Source: a bacterium
GTDB taxonomy: Bacteria > Fidelibacterota > Marinisomatia > Marinisomatales > UBA1611
Assembly (NCBI GenBank): GCA_038127595.1
Contig: JAYPIC010000001.1
Coordinates: forward strand, 34,618 to 98,617
Direction of reading: 5' to 3'
Length of the DNA: 64,000 bases
Shown here: piece after piece, positions 30,729 to 39,764 of the stretch
How the letters are laid out: each line of letters begins with the position of its first letter
Position numbering within the stretch: the first letter of the stretch is position 1
Made by a program: the position numbers and the translations under genes
Notes under the pieces: generated by a model
The model's database searches: none
Seen by the model: only the letters and a program-made list of their open reading frames with translations
Told to the model about the DNA's origin: nothing

Positions 30729-30955
30729 TGGCTTTCCAAACAAGAAGAAAATATTGCTATTTTAAAGAAAACAATATAGCAGCAGTAGATTATAAAGATG
30801 TAAAATTATTGAAGAGGTTTATCAATGATAATGGTAAAATTATGCCTAGAAGAGTTACTGGGACTAGTGCTAAAATGCATCGAAAAGTTGTTGGCGCTAT
30901 AAAACGAGCTAGAACTATAGGCTTAATGCCTTTTGTTGATAGTGGTTCTGAATAA
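30728..30955 (+). CDS. rpsR: 30S ribosomal protein S18
   Basis: [13 protein letters not shown]...[16 protein letters not shown]. Confidence 0.97.
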   Translation: MAFQTRRKYCYFKENNIAAVDYKDVKLLKRFINDNGKIMPRRVTGTSAKMHRKVVGAIKRARTIGLMPFVDSGSE

Positions 30956-30973
30956 TAGTATGGAGATTATATC

Positions 30974-31417
30974 ATGAAAGTTATTTTACTAAACGATGTT
31001 GAAAATTTAGGTCTCGCTGGAGACATTGTTATCGTAAAACCTGGTTATGCTAGAAATAGATTAATACCTCAAGGTTTGGCGTTAAGAGCATCAAATAAAA
31101 ATATTGCTGTTGCGAGTGAGAGAAAAAAGGTAGCGAATGTTAAGCTTGAACGTGAAAATATTGCTCTGCAAAAGTTAGCTAAAAAACTTAGCAATGTTGA
31201 AATAACTATTGAAGTTAATGTTGGAGAAGAAGAAAAAATGTTTGGTTCAATTACTAATTTAGATGTGCACAAAGAGCTAACATCTAAAGGGTTTGAACTT
31301 GATAAAAACCAGATAATTATTGACGAACCAATCAAAGCTTTAGGTATTTATCATGCAAAAGTTAAAATTGCAAAAGATATTACATCTGATGTGAAGTTAT
31401 ATGTCATAAAGGGTTAG
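30974..31417 (+). CDS. rplI: 50S ribosomal protein L9
   Basis: MKVILL.DV.NLG..GD.V.VKPGYARN.LIP, FGSIT. Confidence 0.97.
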   Translation: MKVILLNDVENLGLAGDIVIVKPGYARNRLIPQGLALRASNKNIAVASERKKVANVKLERENIALQKLAKKLSNVEITIEVNVGEEEKMFGSITNLDVHKELTSKGFELDKNQIIIDEPIKALGIYHAKVKIAKDITSDVKLYVIKG

Positions 31418-31434
31418 TTCCCTATTAATTTATA

Positions 31435-33672
31435 ATGTTCGCTGAGGTATCGCTTCCAATATCTTCATTCCAAAATTTTACATACTCAATTCCTGAGAAT
31501 TTAAAAAAGTCCTTATTAGTTGGATCAAAAGTCAAAGTTCCATTTGGGGCAAGAAAAGTTAACGGTATCATTGTCTCATTAATTGACGAAAGTTCATTTG
31601 CTGGTAACCTAAAATCAATCATTGATGTTGACGATAACACGCCCGTGTTATCTAACGAACTTTGGAAGCTAGTTAATTGGATAAGCCATTATTATGTTAC
31701 CCCGATTGGATTAGCATATAATACTGTATTGCCTTTTTCACTTTTAAGCAATCATAACCCTAGGAAAGCTTGGTTTGTAAGGTATGTAGCTAGACATAAG
31801 AATAATAAAAAAAATACTTATGAAAAGCTATCTTCTAAGCAAAATTCGATTTTTGAAGCCACTAGACAAGCTCCATTAGAATACATAAAAGTTTCTAGAT
31901 TTAAAGGAATAAGCTCAAACCCCATATCAATATGCAAAGCACTTGAAAAAAAGGGTTTAGTTGAGCTTGAAAAAAGAAATCAAGATAAAGCGATTGAAGA
32001 AACTTCATTTAAATCCTTAAAAAAAAATATATTATACAATAAAGAACAACTTATAGTCATTAAAAGTCTAAAGACTGCAATTAAATCAGGGGTATATAGT
32101 TCAAACCTTTTACATGGTGTTACGGGAAGTGGTAAGACTGAAATTTTTATTGAAATAATAAAAACTGTTAAAAAACTTGGTAAGTGTTCTATTGTTCTCA
32201 TTCCCGAAATTTCGCTTACATCTCAAATTGCTGGACGTTTTAAACAGGTTTTCGGGGATGACATGGCTTTATGGCACTCACAATTATCTAAATCTCAGCG
32301 CGCAAAAACTTGGAGGGATATAAATGATGGAGCATGTAAAATCGTAATAGGAGCAAGAAGTGCTATTTTTTCACCAGTTAAAAACTTAGGGCTGATCATT
32401 GTCGATGAAGAACATGATAGTTCATACAAGCAAGATTCACCATCCCCTCGTTATCATGCTAGAGATGTTGCTATTATGAGATCTAAAATAGAAAAATGCA
32501 CTGTTGTTTTGTCTAGTGCTACCCCTAGCTTGGAAACATTCTATAATTATAAGCTTAAAAAATATAATTATTTGACATTATCAAAAAGGTATGGAGATGC
32601 TTTATATCCAAAAGTTCGAGTAGTAGATTTAATTGATGAAAGCAAAGAATCTGGAAAGTTTAACATTATTATTTCAGGCTTATTGCAAGAGAAAATTGAA
32701 AAAAGGTTAAGTGAAAATGAGCAAGTTTTGCTTATCCAGAACCGAAGAGGATTTTCTCCTACAGTAAAGTGCTCTGATTGTGGTACTGTAGTAATGTGTC
32801 TAGCTTGCAAAACGCCATTAACTTTTCATAAATATGATAATAATTTTAAATGTCATATATGTGGATTTACCAGTTTTAAAAATTTAGATAATTGTAGTGA
32901 ATGCCTTAGTCAAAATTTTTCATACATGGGGACTGGAACGCAAAAGGTTGAAGAATTAATACAAAAAACTTTTCCCAATGCAAGGGTTGCCAGAATAGAT
33001 CATGATAGCTCCAAAAATAGCTCTTTGACTATTAAGATTCTACAAAAATTCCAGGATGGTGAAATTGATATCCTTTTAGGGACTCAAATGATAGCAAAGG
33101 GGTTAGATTTTCCAGAAATAACTTTAGTTGGAATTATCAATGCTGACTTAGGATTGCATATCCCCGATTTTAGATCTAGTGAAAGGACATTTCAATTAAT
33201 TTATCAAGCAGCTGGCAGGTCAGGAAGGGGAAAGAAAAGAGGAGAGGTTGTGATTCAGACTTATGATAAAGAAAACCTGGTAATTAAAGCAGCATCTAAA
33301 TTGAATCTAAAAGACTATTATAATAATATGCTAACTGACAGAAATACATTGAATTATCCTCCTTATAGTTGGGTATCAAAAGTTGAATTTTTAGGCCCTA
33401 ATTTAAAATCTGTATTTTCTTTGTCTAATAGGGTTAGAAACAATTTTTTTGGTATATATAAAGGTCTTGAAATCCTTGGCCCCGCTCCATGTTTTAAGGA
33501 GAAGGTAAATAATAAATACCGATTTCAAATTATCTTGAAATCCATAAAAAAATATGATTCAAATAGTGAAAAATTACACTCTTTCATAAGTAAAAACTTC
33601 ATTGAGCATAAAAATCAAATAACAGGCTCAAATAAAATCAACATTCATATTGATCCTATCTCAATGATATGA
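31435..33672 (+). CDS. priA: Primosomal protein N' (replication restart helicase)
   Basis: GVTGSGKTE, PEISLT, GARSA, DEEH..SYKQ, SATPS, NRRG, four CxxC, GTQMIAKGLDF. Confidence 0.97.
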   Translation: MFAEVSLPISSFQNFTYSIPENLKKSLLVGSKVKVPFGARKVNGIIVSLIDESSFAGNLKSIIDVDDNTPVLSNELWKLVNWISHYYVTPIGLAYNTVLPFSLLSNHNPRKAWFVRYVARHKNNKKNTYEKLSSKQNSIFEATRQAPLEYIKVSRFKGISSNPISICKALEKKGLVELEKRNQDKAIEETSFKSLKKNILYNKEQLIVIKSLKTAIKSGVYSSNLLHGVTGSGKTEIFIEIIKTVKKLGKCSIVLIPEISLTSQIAGRFKQVFGDDMALWHSQLSKSQRAKTWRDINDGACKIVIGARSAIFSPVKNLGLIIVDEEHDSSYKQDSPSPRYHARDVAIMRSKIEKCTVVLSSATPSLETFYNYKLKKYNYLTLSKRYGDALYPKVRVVDLIDESKESGKFNIIISGLLQEKIEKRLSENEQVLLIQNRRGFSPTVKCSDCGTVVMCLACKTPLTFHKYDNNFKCHICGFTSFKNLDNCSECLSQNFSYMGTGTQKVEELIQKTFPNARVARIDHDSSKNSSLTIKILQKFQDGEIDILLGTQMIAKGLDFPEITLVGIINADLGLHIPDFRSSERTFQLIYQAAGRSGRGKKRGEVVIQTYDKENLVIKAASKLNLKDYYNNMLTDRNTLNYPPYSWVSKVEFLGPNLKSVFSLSNRVRNNFFGIYKGLEILGPAPCFKEKVNNKYRFQIILKSIKKYDSNSEKLHSFISKNFIEHKNQITGSNKINIHIDPISMI

Positions 33673-34562
33673 AATTCATTTTATTCTTAATACTTTCATT
33701 ATCATCTCTGCATTCTAATGAATCGCGACCTGGGTTATCGGTTTGGTTTTCAGCTAATGACCTCTCATTTGCCGGAGGAGGAAAGTTGCTTTTCAATCCA
33801 AATAGTAGGGATGTTGATTTAAACGTTATTTCAAAAGGTAAAATTTTTTCGACATCATTTATTTTCTATCCCGCGGGAGTTCAAGCTCAGTCTGCTTCTA
33901 TGTTATTAAGTAAGAGCAATAAATCTATAATCGCTTCAATCAATCATGTCTCATATGGTACATTTAAAGGTTATGACGAAAATGCGGTGGCAACCGGAAA
34001 CTACACTTCAAGTGATACTTGGTTTAGGTTTGGTTATAATGAAAAATCTAAAACATTGCCTTTTAATTACGGAGTCTCTAATCAATTTTATATATCGAAA
34101 TTAGAAGACATTATTTCTACATCTATTTACTCATCTTTTGGATTAGTATGGACAATAAAAAAATACAACTTGGATATTGGCTGGACGGTTAATGATATAC
34201 TTTTATTTTATAATAGATCGACTGATGATATTAATTCAACAAATTTTCTTATTGGAGTTTCCAAAGACTTAGTACATTTGCCCCTCAAACTATCAATTGA
34301 CACCAAGCTTAGTACAAGTCTAGTCCCTAAGGATTATTTTTTAAGTGGGACTTTTTACATATCAAAGAACATTGCCTTAAACCTAGGTACATCAACAAGA
34401 AAATTCAGCCAAAATACTGAACAAAATTTATCTCAGACTATTTTTGGATCAAGCGGGGTTGGAGTATTATTTAAAAATAAAGAATTAGTTATTGGTTACG
34501 GTTTGTACTTTTATGGAACAGGTGGATTTTCTTCTGGCTTAGATATGAGCATTAATTTTTAA
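33669..34562 (+). CDS. PorV/PorQ (FadL-like) family outer-membrane beta-barrel
   Basis: Signal peptide; FNP plug motif; SYGTFKGYDENAVATGNY resembles the PorQ/PorV loop; C-terminal Phe. Confidence 0.55.
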   Translation: MKFILFLILSLSSLHSNESRPGLSVWFSANDLSFAGGGKLLFNPNSRDVDLNVISKGKIFSTSFIFYPAGVQAQSASMLLSKSNKSIIASINHVSYGTFKGYDENAVATGNYTSSDTWFRFGYNEKSKTLPFNYGVSNQFYISKLEDIISTSIYSSFGLVWTIKKYNLDIGWTVNDILLFYNRSTDDINSTNFLIGVSKDLVHLPLKLSIDTKLSTSLVPKDYFLSGTFYISKNIALNLGTSTRKFSQNTEQNLSQTIFGSSGVGVLFKNKELVIGYGLYFYGTGGFSSGLDMSINF

Positions 34563-35764
34563 TGAAAATTTTCTCATTATATATTTTTTTAATTAGTGTT
34601 GTATTTTCTCAAAATAAAAATCCTATAGTGCTTATTCACGGTTTTTTTGGTTGGGGGAATGAAGAGTTAGGAGATTATAAATATTGGGGTGGTAAAAAAG
34701 ATATTCAAAGAATGTTGGAGAGTCATGGATACAAGGTAATTAATGTTTCTGTTGGTCCTATTTCGTCAAATTGGGATAGGGCTATAGAAGTATATTACCA
34801 ATTAAAAGGTGGGCAAGTTGATTACGGCTTAAGTCACTCAGAAAAATATGGTTTAACTCAAAAACCACATGATAAAAAATATGAAGGTTTATACAGGGAG
34901 TGGGGTAGCGAAAACCCAGTACATTTAATTGGCCACAGTATGGGTGGGCAAACCGCAAGGATGCTTCAATACCTACTGGAAAATGAATTTTATGTTGATG
35001 ACAGTTTGGGATTGAAAGAAGATTCTAAATTATTGGGTAGTTCAAATAGGGGTTGGATAAAAAGTATTACATCTATAGCAACGCCTCATGATGGAAGTAC
35101 ATTAGCAGATATTGTCACAAAAACTTTTCCCTTCATACAATACTTTATTGGTCTTGCAGGGGTAGTTGGAACAAATTTTTATGATTTTGATCTTAGTCAA
35201 TGGGATATAAAAAGAAACACTGGTGAAACCTGGTCAAAATATGTTCAAAGGATGAGAGGGCACGATGCTTGGAATACAAAAAATATAAGTTCTTGGGATT
35301 TGAGTTTAGACGGGGCTGCAGAGCTAAATACCTATCTAAATGCTAGTTCTAATGTTTTTTATTTTTCATATACTTTTTCAGCTACTTCAAAAAATAGAGT
35401 GACTGGATATCATACTCCTGATAAAGATGTTTTTTTATTAATACGTTCAAGAGCGAAACTAATTGGATCTAGAGTAGTGTTTACCGATAATGGAAGTGCA
35501 ACAGATTCAACTTGGTGGGAGAATGATGGTATAGTTAATTCTAGATCGATGAGGGGCCCTACCACAGGAAATAATGGAGCAGATCTCATAGTAGAGTATC
35601 AACCTTCTAAACCACTTATGAAAGGGCGATGGTATACCTTTGAACCCATAAAACTAGATCATTACCAGAGCGTAGGTCATATGATATCAAGAGAAAAAAG
35701 AACTATATTAGATTCAATGTTTGTAAATCACGCAAAACTGCTTTGGTCTCTTCCTAAAGACTAA
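34562..35764 (+). CDS. Secreted triacylglycerol lipase (Geobacillus/Staphylococcus family I.5/I.6-like)
   Basis: PIVLIHGFFGWG, YWGG, SSNWDRA.E.YYQLKGG.VDYG, GHSMGG, TPH.GS, ENDGIV, LDH. Confidence 0.9.
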   Translation: MKIFSLYIFLISVVFSQNKNPIVLIHGFFGWGNEELGDYKYWGGKKDIQRMLESHGYKVINVSVGPISSNWDRAIEVYYQLKGGQVDYGLSHSEKYGLTQKPHDKKYEGLYREWGSENPVHLIGHSMGGQTARMLQYLLENEFYVDDSLGLKEDSKLLGSSNRGWIKSITSIATPHDGSTLADIVTKTFPFIQYFIGLAGVVGTNFYDFDLSQWDIKRNTGETWSKYVQRMRGHDAWNTKNISSWDLSLDGAAELNTYLNASSNVFYFSYTFSATSKNRVTGYHTPDKDVFLLIRSRAKLIGSRVVFTDNGSATDSTWWENDGIVNSRSMRGPTTGNNGADLIVEYQPSKPLMKGRWYTFEPIKLDHYQSVGHMISREKRTILDSMFVNHAKLLWSLPKD

Positions 35765-35801
35765 TATTTTATAAATAGAAAATTAGTTGTAATATACAAC
35801 T

Positions 35802-36224
35802 ATGAATCAAGGTGAACTTTTTACTGCTTTTCTTGTTGATTTACAAAGAATTTTCAGAACAGAAGTAGTCCCCAAGAATTTATCCTACAGTCAAGTTTTA
35901 GCTATTATTATCATTCCTGATGACGGGATCGAGATGTCCGAATTAGCGAGAGCACTTGGTCTAGAAAATAGTAGTGTAACTAGACTTATCGCTCGTTTAG
36001 AGCGTAATAATTATGTTACAAGAAAAAAAAGTGAAGCAGATAGAAGATCAATTAATGTTTTTTTAGATCAAAAAGGCTCCATGTTGCAAACTGATATTGA
36101 AAAAAAAATAGATAAAATTGGTAATCAAATATTTTTAAAAAATAATCAGGTTGAGAAAGAATTATTTTTAGAAAATTTATCATTATTCCAATGGTCTTTG
36201 AAGAAGACATTTCTAAAAAAATAA
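35802..36224 (+). CDS. MarR family transcriptional regulator
   Basis: ELARALGLENSSVTRLIARLE..YV.R....DRR. Confidence 0.9.
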   Translation: MNQGELFTAFLVDLQRIFRTEVVPKNLSYSQVLAIIIIPDDGIEMSELARALGLENSSVTRLIARLERNNYVTRKKSEADRRSINVFLDQKGSMLQTDIEKKIDKIGNQIFLKNNQVEKELFLENLSLFQWSLKKTFLKK

Positions 36225-37288
36225 AGAGTAACCCCGTGCAGTTATCAGCTTTTTTATTAGACTGGTTTGATAAAAATAAAAGAGAGCTACCATTTCGAAA
36301 AAATAGAAGTGTATATAGTATTTGGGTTTCAGAGGTAATGTTGCAACAAACTAAGGTAGATATTGTTATCCCATATTTTAATTCATGGATGAAAAAATTT
36401 CCTAACATAAAGTCTGTAGCAGAAGCATCTGAGGAAAATATTCTAAAATCTTGGGAAGGCCTAGGGTATTATTCTAGATGTAGGAATTTTCACAAAGCTG
36501 CTAAAATAATTGTAAATGATTATGGTTCAAAAATTCCTGAGGATTGGGACAATTTCAGGTCACTCCCTGGAGTTGGTGACTACACTGCTGGAGCTGTGCT
36601 TTCAATTGCTCTTAATAAGAACTATTTGGCAATTGATGGCAATGTTAAAAGAGTTGTTTCTCGAATTACAAGAAGAAAAAAATTGAGCAAATATAATTTG
36701 AATTACATAAGATCTTTTTTATCAAAGAATATAGATATAATTAGAACTGGGGATTTTAACGAAGCTATTATGGAACTAGGGGCTTGCATATGTTTACCTA
36801 GGTTGCCTAAGTGCAGACAATGCCCTCTTAATTCGTTTTGTGCTGGTTACAAAAGTGGGACCCCAAGTAATTATCCTCAAAAATCAGTTACTAAAAAAGT
36901 CCCTGTGCGTACTTTTGTAGGAGGTATAATTAGATTTAAGGATAGGATTTTGATCCAAAAAAGAGATAGCCAAATGTTGAATGGTCTTTGGGAAATTCCT
37001 ATGAAACAAGTAACTCTAGATAGCAATTATATTTTTGATTTTAAAAAATATATATTTGATAAATATGGATACATAATAAGTTTTAAAAAGATTATATCCG
37101 AAGTTGAACATGTATACTCGCATTTTAAAATGAAATTAATTGTCATGGATTTTATTATTTGTGATAATGTCAGAAACACTGGAAATTCTTTTTCTTGGAT
37201 TTCTAAAAGAGATATTGACCGTTACGCTTTTCATAGAGCAAATCATAAGGTGTTTAAATTATTTAAGAGTTTTAATTGGGATGTTTAG
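36191..37288 (+). CDS. mutY: A/G-specific adenine glycosylase
   Basis: WVSEVMLQQT, WEGLGYYSR, LPGVGDYTA, DGNV.RV, C-X6-C-X2-C-X5-C cluster, NUDIX-like tail. Confidence 0.97.
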   Translation: MVFEEDISKKIKSNPVQLSAFLLDWFDKNKRELPFRKNRSVYSIWVSEVMLQQTKVDIVIPYFNSWMKKFPNIKSVAEASEENILKSWEGLGYYSRCRNFHKAAKIIVNDYGSKIPEDWDNFRSLPGVGDYTAGAVLSIALNKNYLAIDGNVKRVVSRITRRKKLSKYNLNYIRSFLSKNIDIIRTGDFNEAIMELGACICLPRLPKCRQCPLNSFCAGYKSGTPSNYPQKSVTKKVPVRTFVGGIIRFKDRILIQKRDSQMLNGLWEIPMKQVTLDSNYIFDFKKYIFDKYGYIISFKKIISEVEHVYSHFKMKLIVMDFIICDNVRNTGNSFSWISKRDIDRYAFHRANHKVFKLFKSFNWDV

Positions 37289-37988
37289 AGCAATTATTTC
37301 ATTAATTCTATGGCCATTGTGGTTTGCGTATTTATTAGTCATATTCCCAATTTTTTTGGTTTATACTATAGTTGTAAATAAACAATATTTTCATTATTTC
37401 TTAAGTCCAATGTCCTATCTATTTTGTCTTCTAGGCGGTCAATTAGTAAAGAAAACTGGGCTAACACCTGATCCAGAAGGAGGCCCTTATTTATATTTAA
37501 TTAATCATCAATCTCTCTTCGACCATTTTGCATTGGGTAAATATATGAATCATTATGTTACGGCTGTTGCCAAACAAGAGCACCTTAGTTATCCGCTCTG
37601 GGGGCAAGTAGCAAGGTCGTATGGAATAGTTCCTATAAATAGAGCAAATATTAAAAAGGCTTTATCAAGCTTAAAAGTTGTTGAAAAAGCAATAATGAAT
37701 GAAAAGACATCTTTCCTTATTGCTCCAGAAGGTACAAGATCAAAAGATGGTAAATTAGGAATTTTTAAAAAAGGAGCATTTCACATTGCAAAAAACACAG
37801 GTGTAAAAATTATCCCAGTTATTATTGATGGTGCATATAAGGCTAAAAATGTTGGGGATTGGAGGCTAACTCCAGGTGTAATAAACATTCATTTTTCTGA
37901 TATAATTGATCAAGAATTGTATAAAGATATGACGGTTGAAGAGCTAAGAGATTATACTATTGATCAATATAAAACCATTCTAGAATAG
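37281..37988 (+). CDS. plsC: 1-acyl-sn-glycerol-3-phosphate acyltransferase (PlsC family)
   Basis: NHQSLFD, PEGTRS, FKKGAF; start set at ATG 37281, overlapping the mutY end. Confidence 0.85.
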   Translation: MFRAIISLILWPLWFAYLLVIFPIFLVYTIVVNKQYFHYFLSPMSYLFCLLGGQLVKKTGLTPDPEGGPYLYLINHQSLFDHFALGKYMNHYVTAVAKQEHLSYPLWGQVARSYGIVPINRANIKKALSSLKVVEKAIMNEKTSFLIAPEGTRSKDGKLGIFKKGAFHIAKNTGVKIIPVIIDGAYKAKNVGDWRLTPGVINIHFSDIIDQELYKDMTVEELRDYTIDQYKTILE

Positions 37989-37995
37989 TTATGTA

Positions 37996-38397
37996 ATGAG
38001 TATTTTAAATTTTAATAATATTGAAATTTCGCAGATTTTAGTATCTATATTTTTTTTAATTGTTTTTTTTCAATCAAGCTTAGATAAAATAAATGATAGA
38101 GAAGGTAATTTGAAGTTTTTCAATCATCACTTTAAAGGAACCTTTTTTCAAAATTACACATTAATATCTCTTAACTTTTTGGCATTATTAGAAATTACTT
38201 CCGCTTTTTTATGCTGTTTTGGGATTTTTTACAAACTTTCATATCATGATTCGATTTTCATATATTATGGATTGCTTATGATTGCTATTGTTTTATTGTC
38301 ATTATTACTCGGACAGCGATTAGCCAAAGACTATGCTGGCGCTGCAGATATCACTATTTATTTTATTTTATGTATTGTTACAATTTTGAGCTTTTAA
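37996..38397 (+). CDS. DoxX-like membrane protein
   Basis: FFQS..DK..D..GN..F...HF, GQR.AKDY.GA; four TM. Confidence 0.7.
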   Translation: MSILNFNNIEISQILVSIFFLIVFFQSSLDKINDREGNLKFFNHHFKGTFFQNYTLISLNFLALLEITSAFLCCFGIFYKLSYHDSIFIYYGLLMIAIVLLSLLLGQRLAKDYAGAADITIYFILCIVTILSF

Positions 38398-38413
38398 ATA
38401 AGGGATTAGAGTT

Positions 38414-39757
38414 ATGGATAAATCTATTACGAAAAAAATGATTAATAATTATCAGGAAGAGTGCAATAACAGCGTAAAAATAAAGCTTTCTCGCAATGCT
38501 GCAACCCATAACGAGGTTACAGATCTAGCTATGGACTGGGATGAGTTTAGAAAAATAGACCATTCATTTTCAGAAACAATTACTGGGGAAATGAAGATAA
38601 CTAACCAAAAATCTAGCGGAAGATGTTGGGGATTTGCGGGATTGAATCTTTTTAGGGTTTATCTTGGAAGAAAGCATAACATTCGCAATTTTGAATTTTC
38701 TCAAACATATTTCATGTTTTGGGATAAATTAGAAAAATCAAATTATTTTTTAAACAGTATCATCAGCACTGCTAATAGCTCTTGGAATAGTCGCATAATT
38801 ATGCACTTATTAGACAACCCGATACAAGATGGTGGTCAATGGGACATGTGGGTGAATCTGATTAATAAGTATGGAGTTGTTCCAAAATCTGAAATGCCTG
38901 AGACTTATCAATCTAGTCGCTCTATGCGAATGAATAGAATGATAACTAGAAAACTTCGTGAATTTGCAAAGGAACTAAGAGATGCTATAAAAAATAATAT
39001 AGATGAAGAAAACTTATTTAATATGAAAGATGATATGTTAAATGTGGTCTATAAAATGTTAGTCATTCATCTAGGGGCTCCTCCAAATAAGTTTACATGG
39101 CAAATTAGAGACAAGAAGAAAAATTTTCTTCGGTTCGAGAACTTAACTCCTCAAAGTTTTTTTAGTAAACATGTGGGCCTTAACCTTAACGACTTAGTTT
39201 GTCTAATTAATTGTCCGATGTCAGATAAATCATATAAAAAAGTCTATAGTGTGGAACATCTTGGAAATGTTATTGAAGGCCAACCAATTAGATATTTAAA
39301 TACAAAAATTGAAATACTAAAAAAAGCAGCTATTCAATCTATAAAAAATGATGATCCTGTGTGGTTTGGATGTGATGTTGGTAAATATCTGCACCGGTCT
39401 CATGGTGTAATGGATACTGATCTATTTGATTTTGATTTATTTTATGATACGCAATTTACAATGGACAAAGCTACACGATTGGAGTATGGCGAAAGCAAAA
39501 TGACACATGCTATGCTGTTTACTGGTGTGGACCTAGATTTAAATGGCAATCCTGTAAAATGGCGAGTTGAAAATAGTTGGGGTGATCGAAATGGTGAAAA
39601 AGGGTTTTATATAATGTCAGATAAATGGTTTGATGAGTTTTTATATGAAGTTGTTGTAGATAAAAAATATTTAGAAGACGAGTATGTAAAATTATACGAA
39701 ATAGAGGAAGCTCAATTATTGCCTCCTTGGGACCCAATGGGGGCTCTAGCAAAGTAA
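38414..39757 (+). CDS. pepC: Cysteine aminopeptidase C / bleomycin hydrolase (C1B)
   Basis: NQKSSGRCW, FWDKLEKSN, DGGQW, VWFGCDV, THAM, VENSWG, C-terminal PWDPMGALA. Confidence 0.95.
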   Translation: MDKSITKKMINNYQEECNNSVKIKLSRNAATHNEVTDLAMDWDEFRKIDHSFSETITGEMKITNQKSSGRCWGFAGLNLFRVYLGRKHNIRNFEFSQTYFMFWDKLEKSNYFLNSIISTANSSWNSRIIMHLLDNPIQDGGQWDMWVNLINKYGVVPKSEMPETYQSSRSMRMNRMITRKLREFAKELRDAIKNNIDEENLFNMKDDMLNVVYKMLVIHLGAPPNKFTWQIRDKKKNFLRFENLTPQSFFSKHVGLNLNDLVCLINCPMSDKSYKKVYSVEHLGNVIEGQPIRYLNTKIEILKKAAIQSIKNDDPVWFGCDVGKYLHRSHGVMDTDLFDFDLFYDTQFTMDKATRLEYGESKMTHAMLFTGVDLDLNGNPVKWRVENSWGDRNGEKGFYIMSDKWFDEFLYEVVVDKKYLEDEYVKLYEIEEAQLLPPWDPMGALAK

Positions 39758-39764
39758 ATTAAAT

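Noticed and set aside
30306..31417. rpsF-rpsR-rplI without ssb/priB, and S18 lacking a full Zn ribbon
   Set aside because: Both are common states in many lineages
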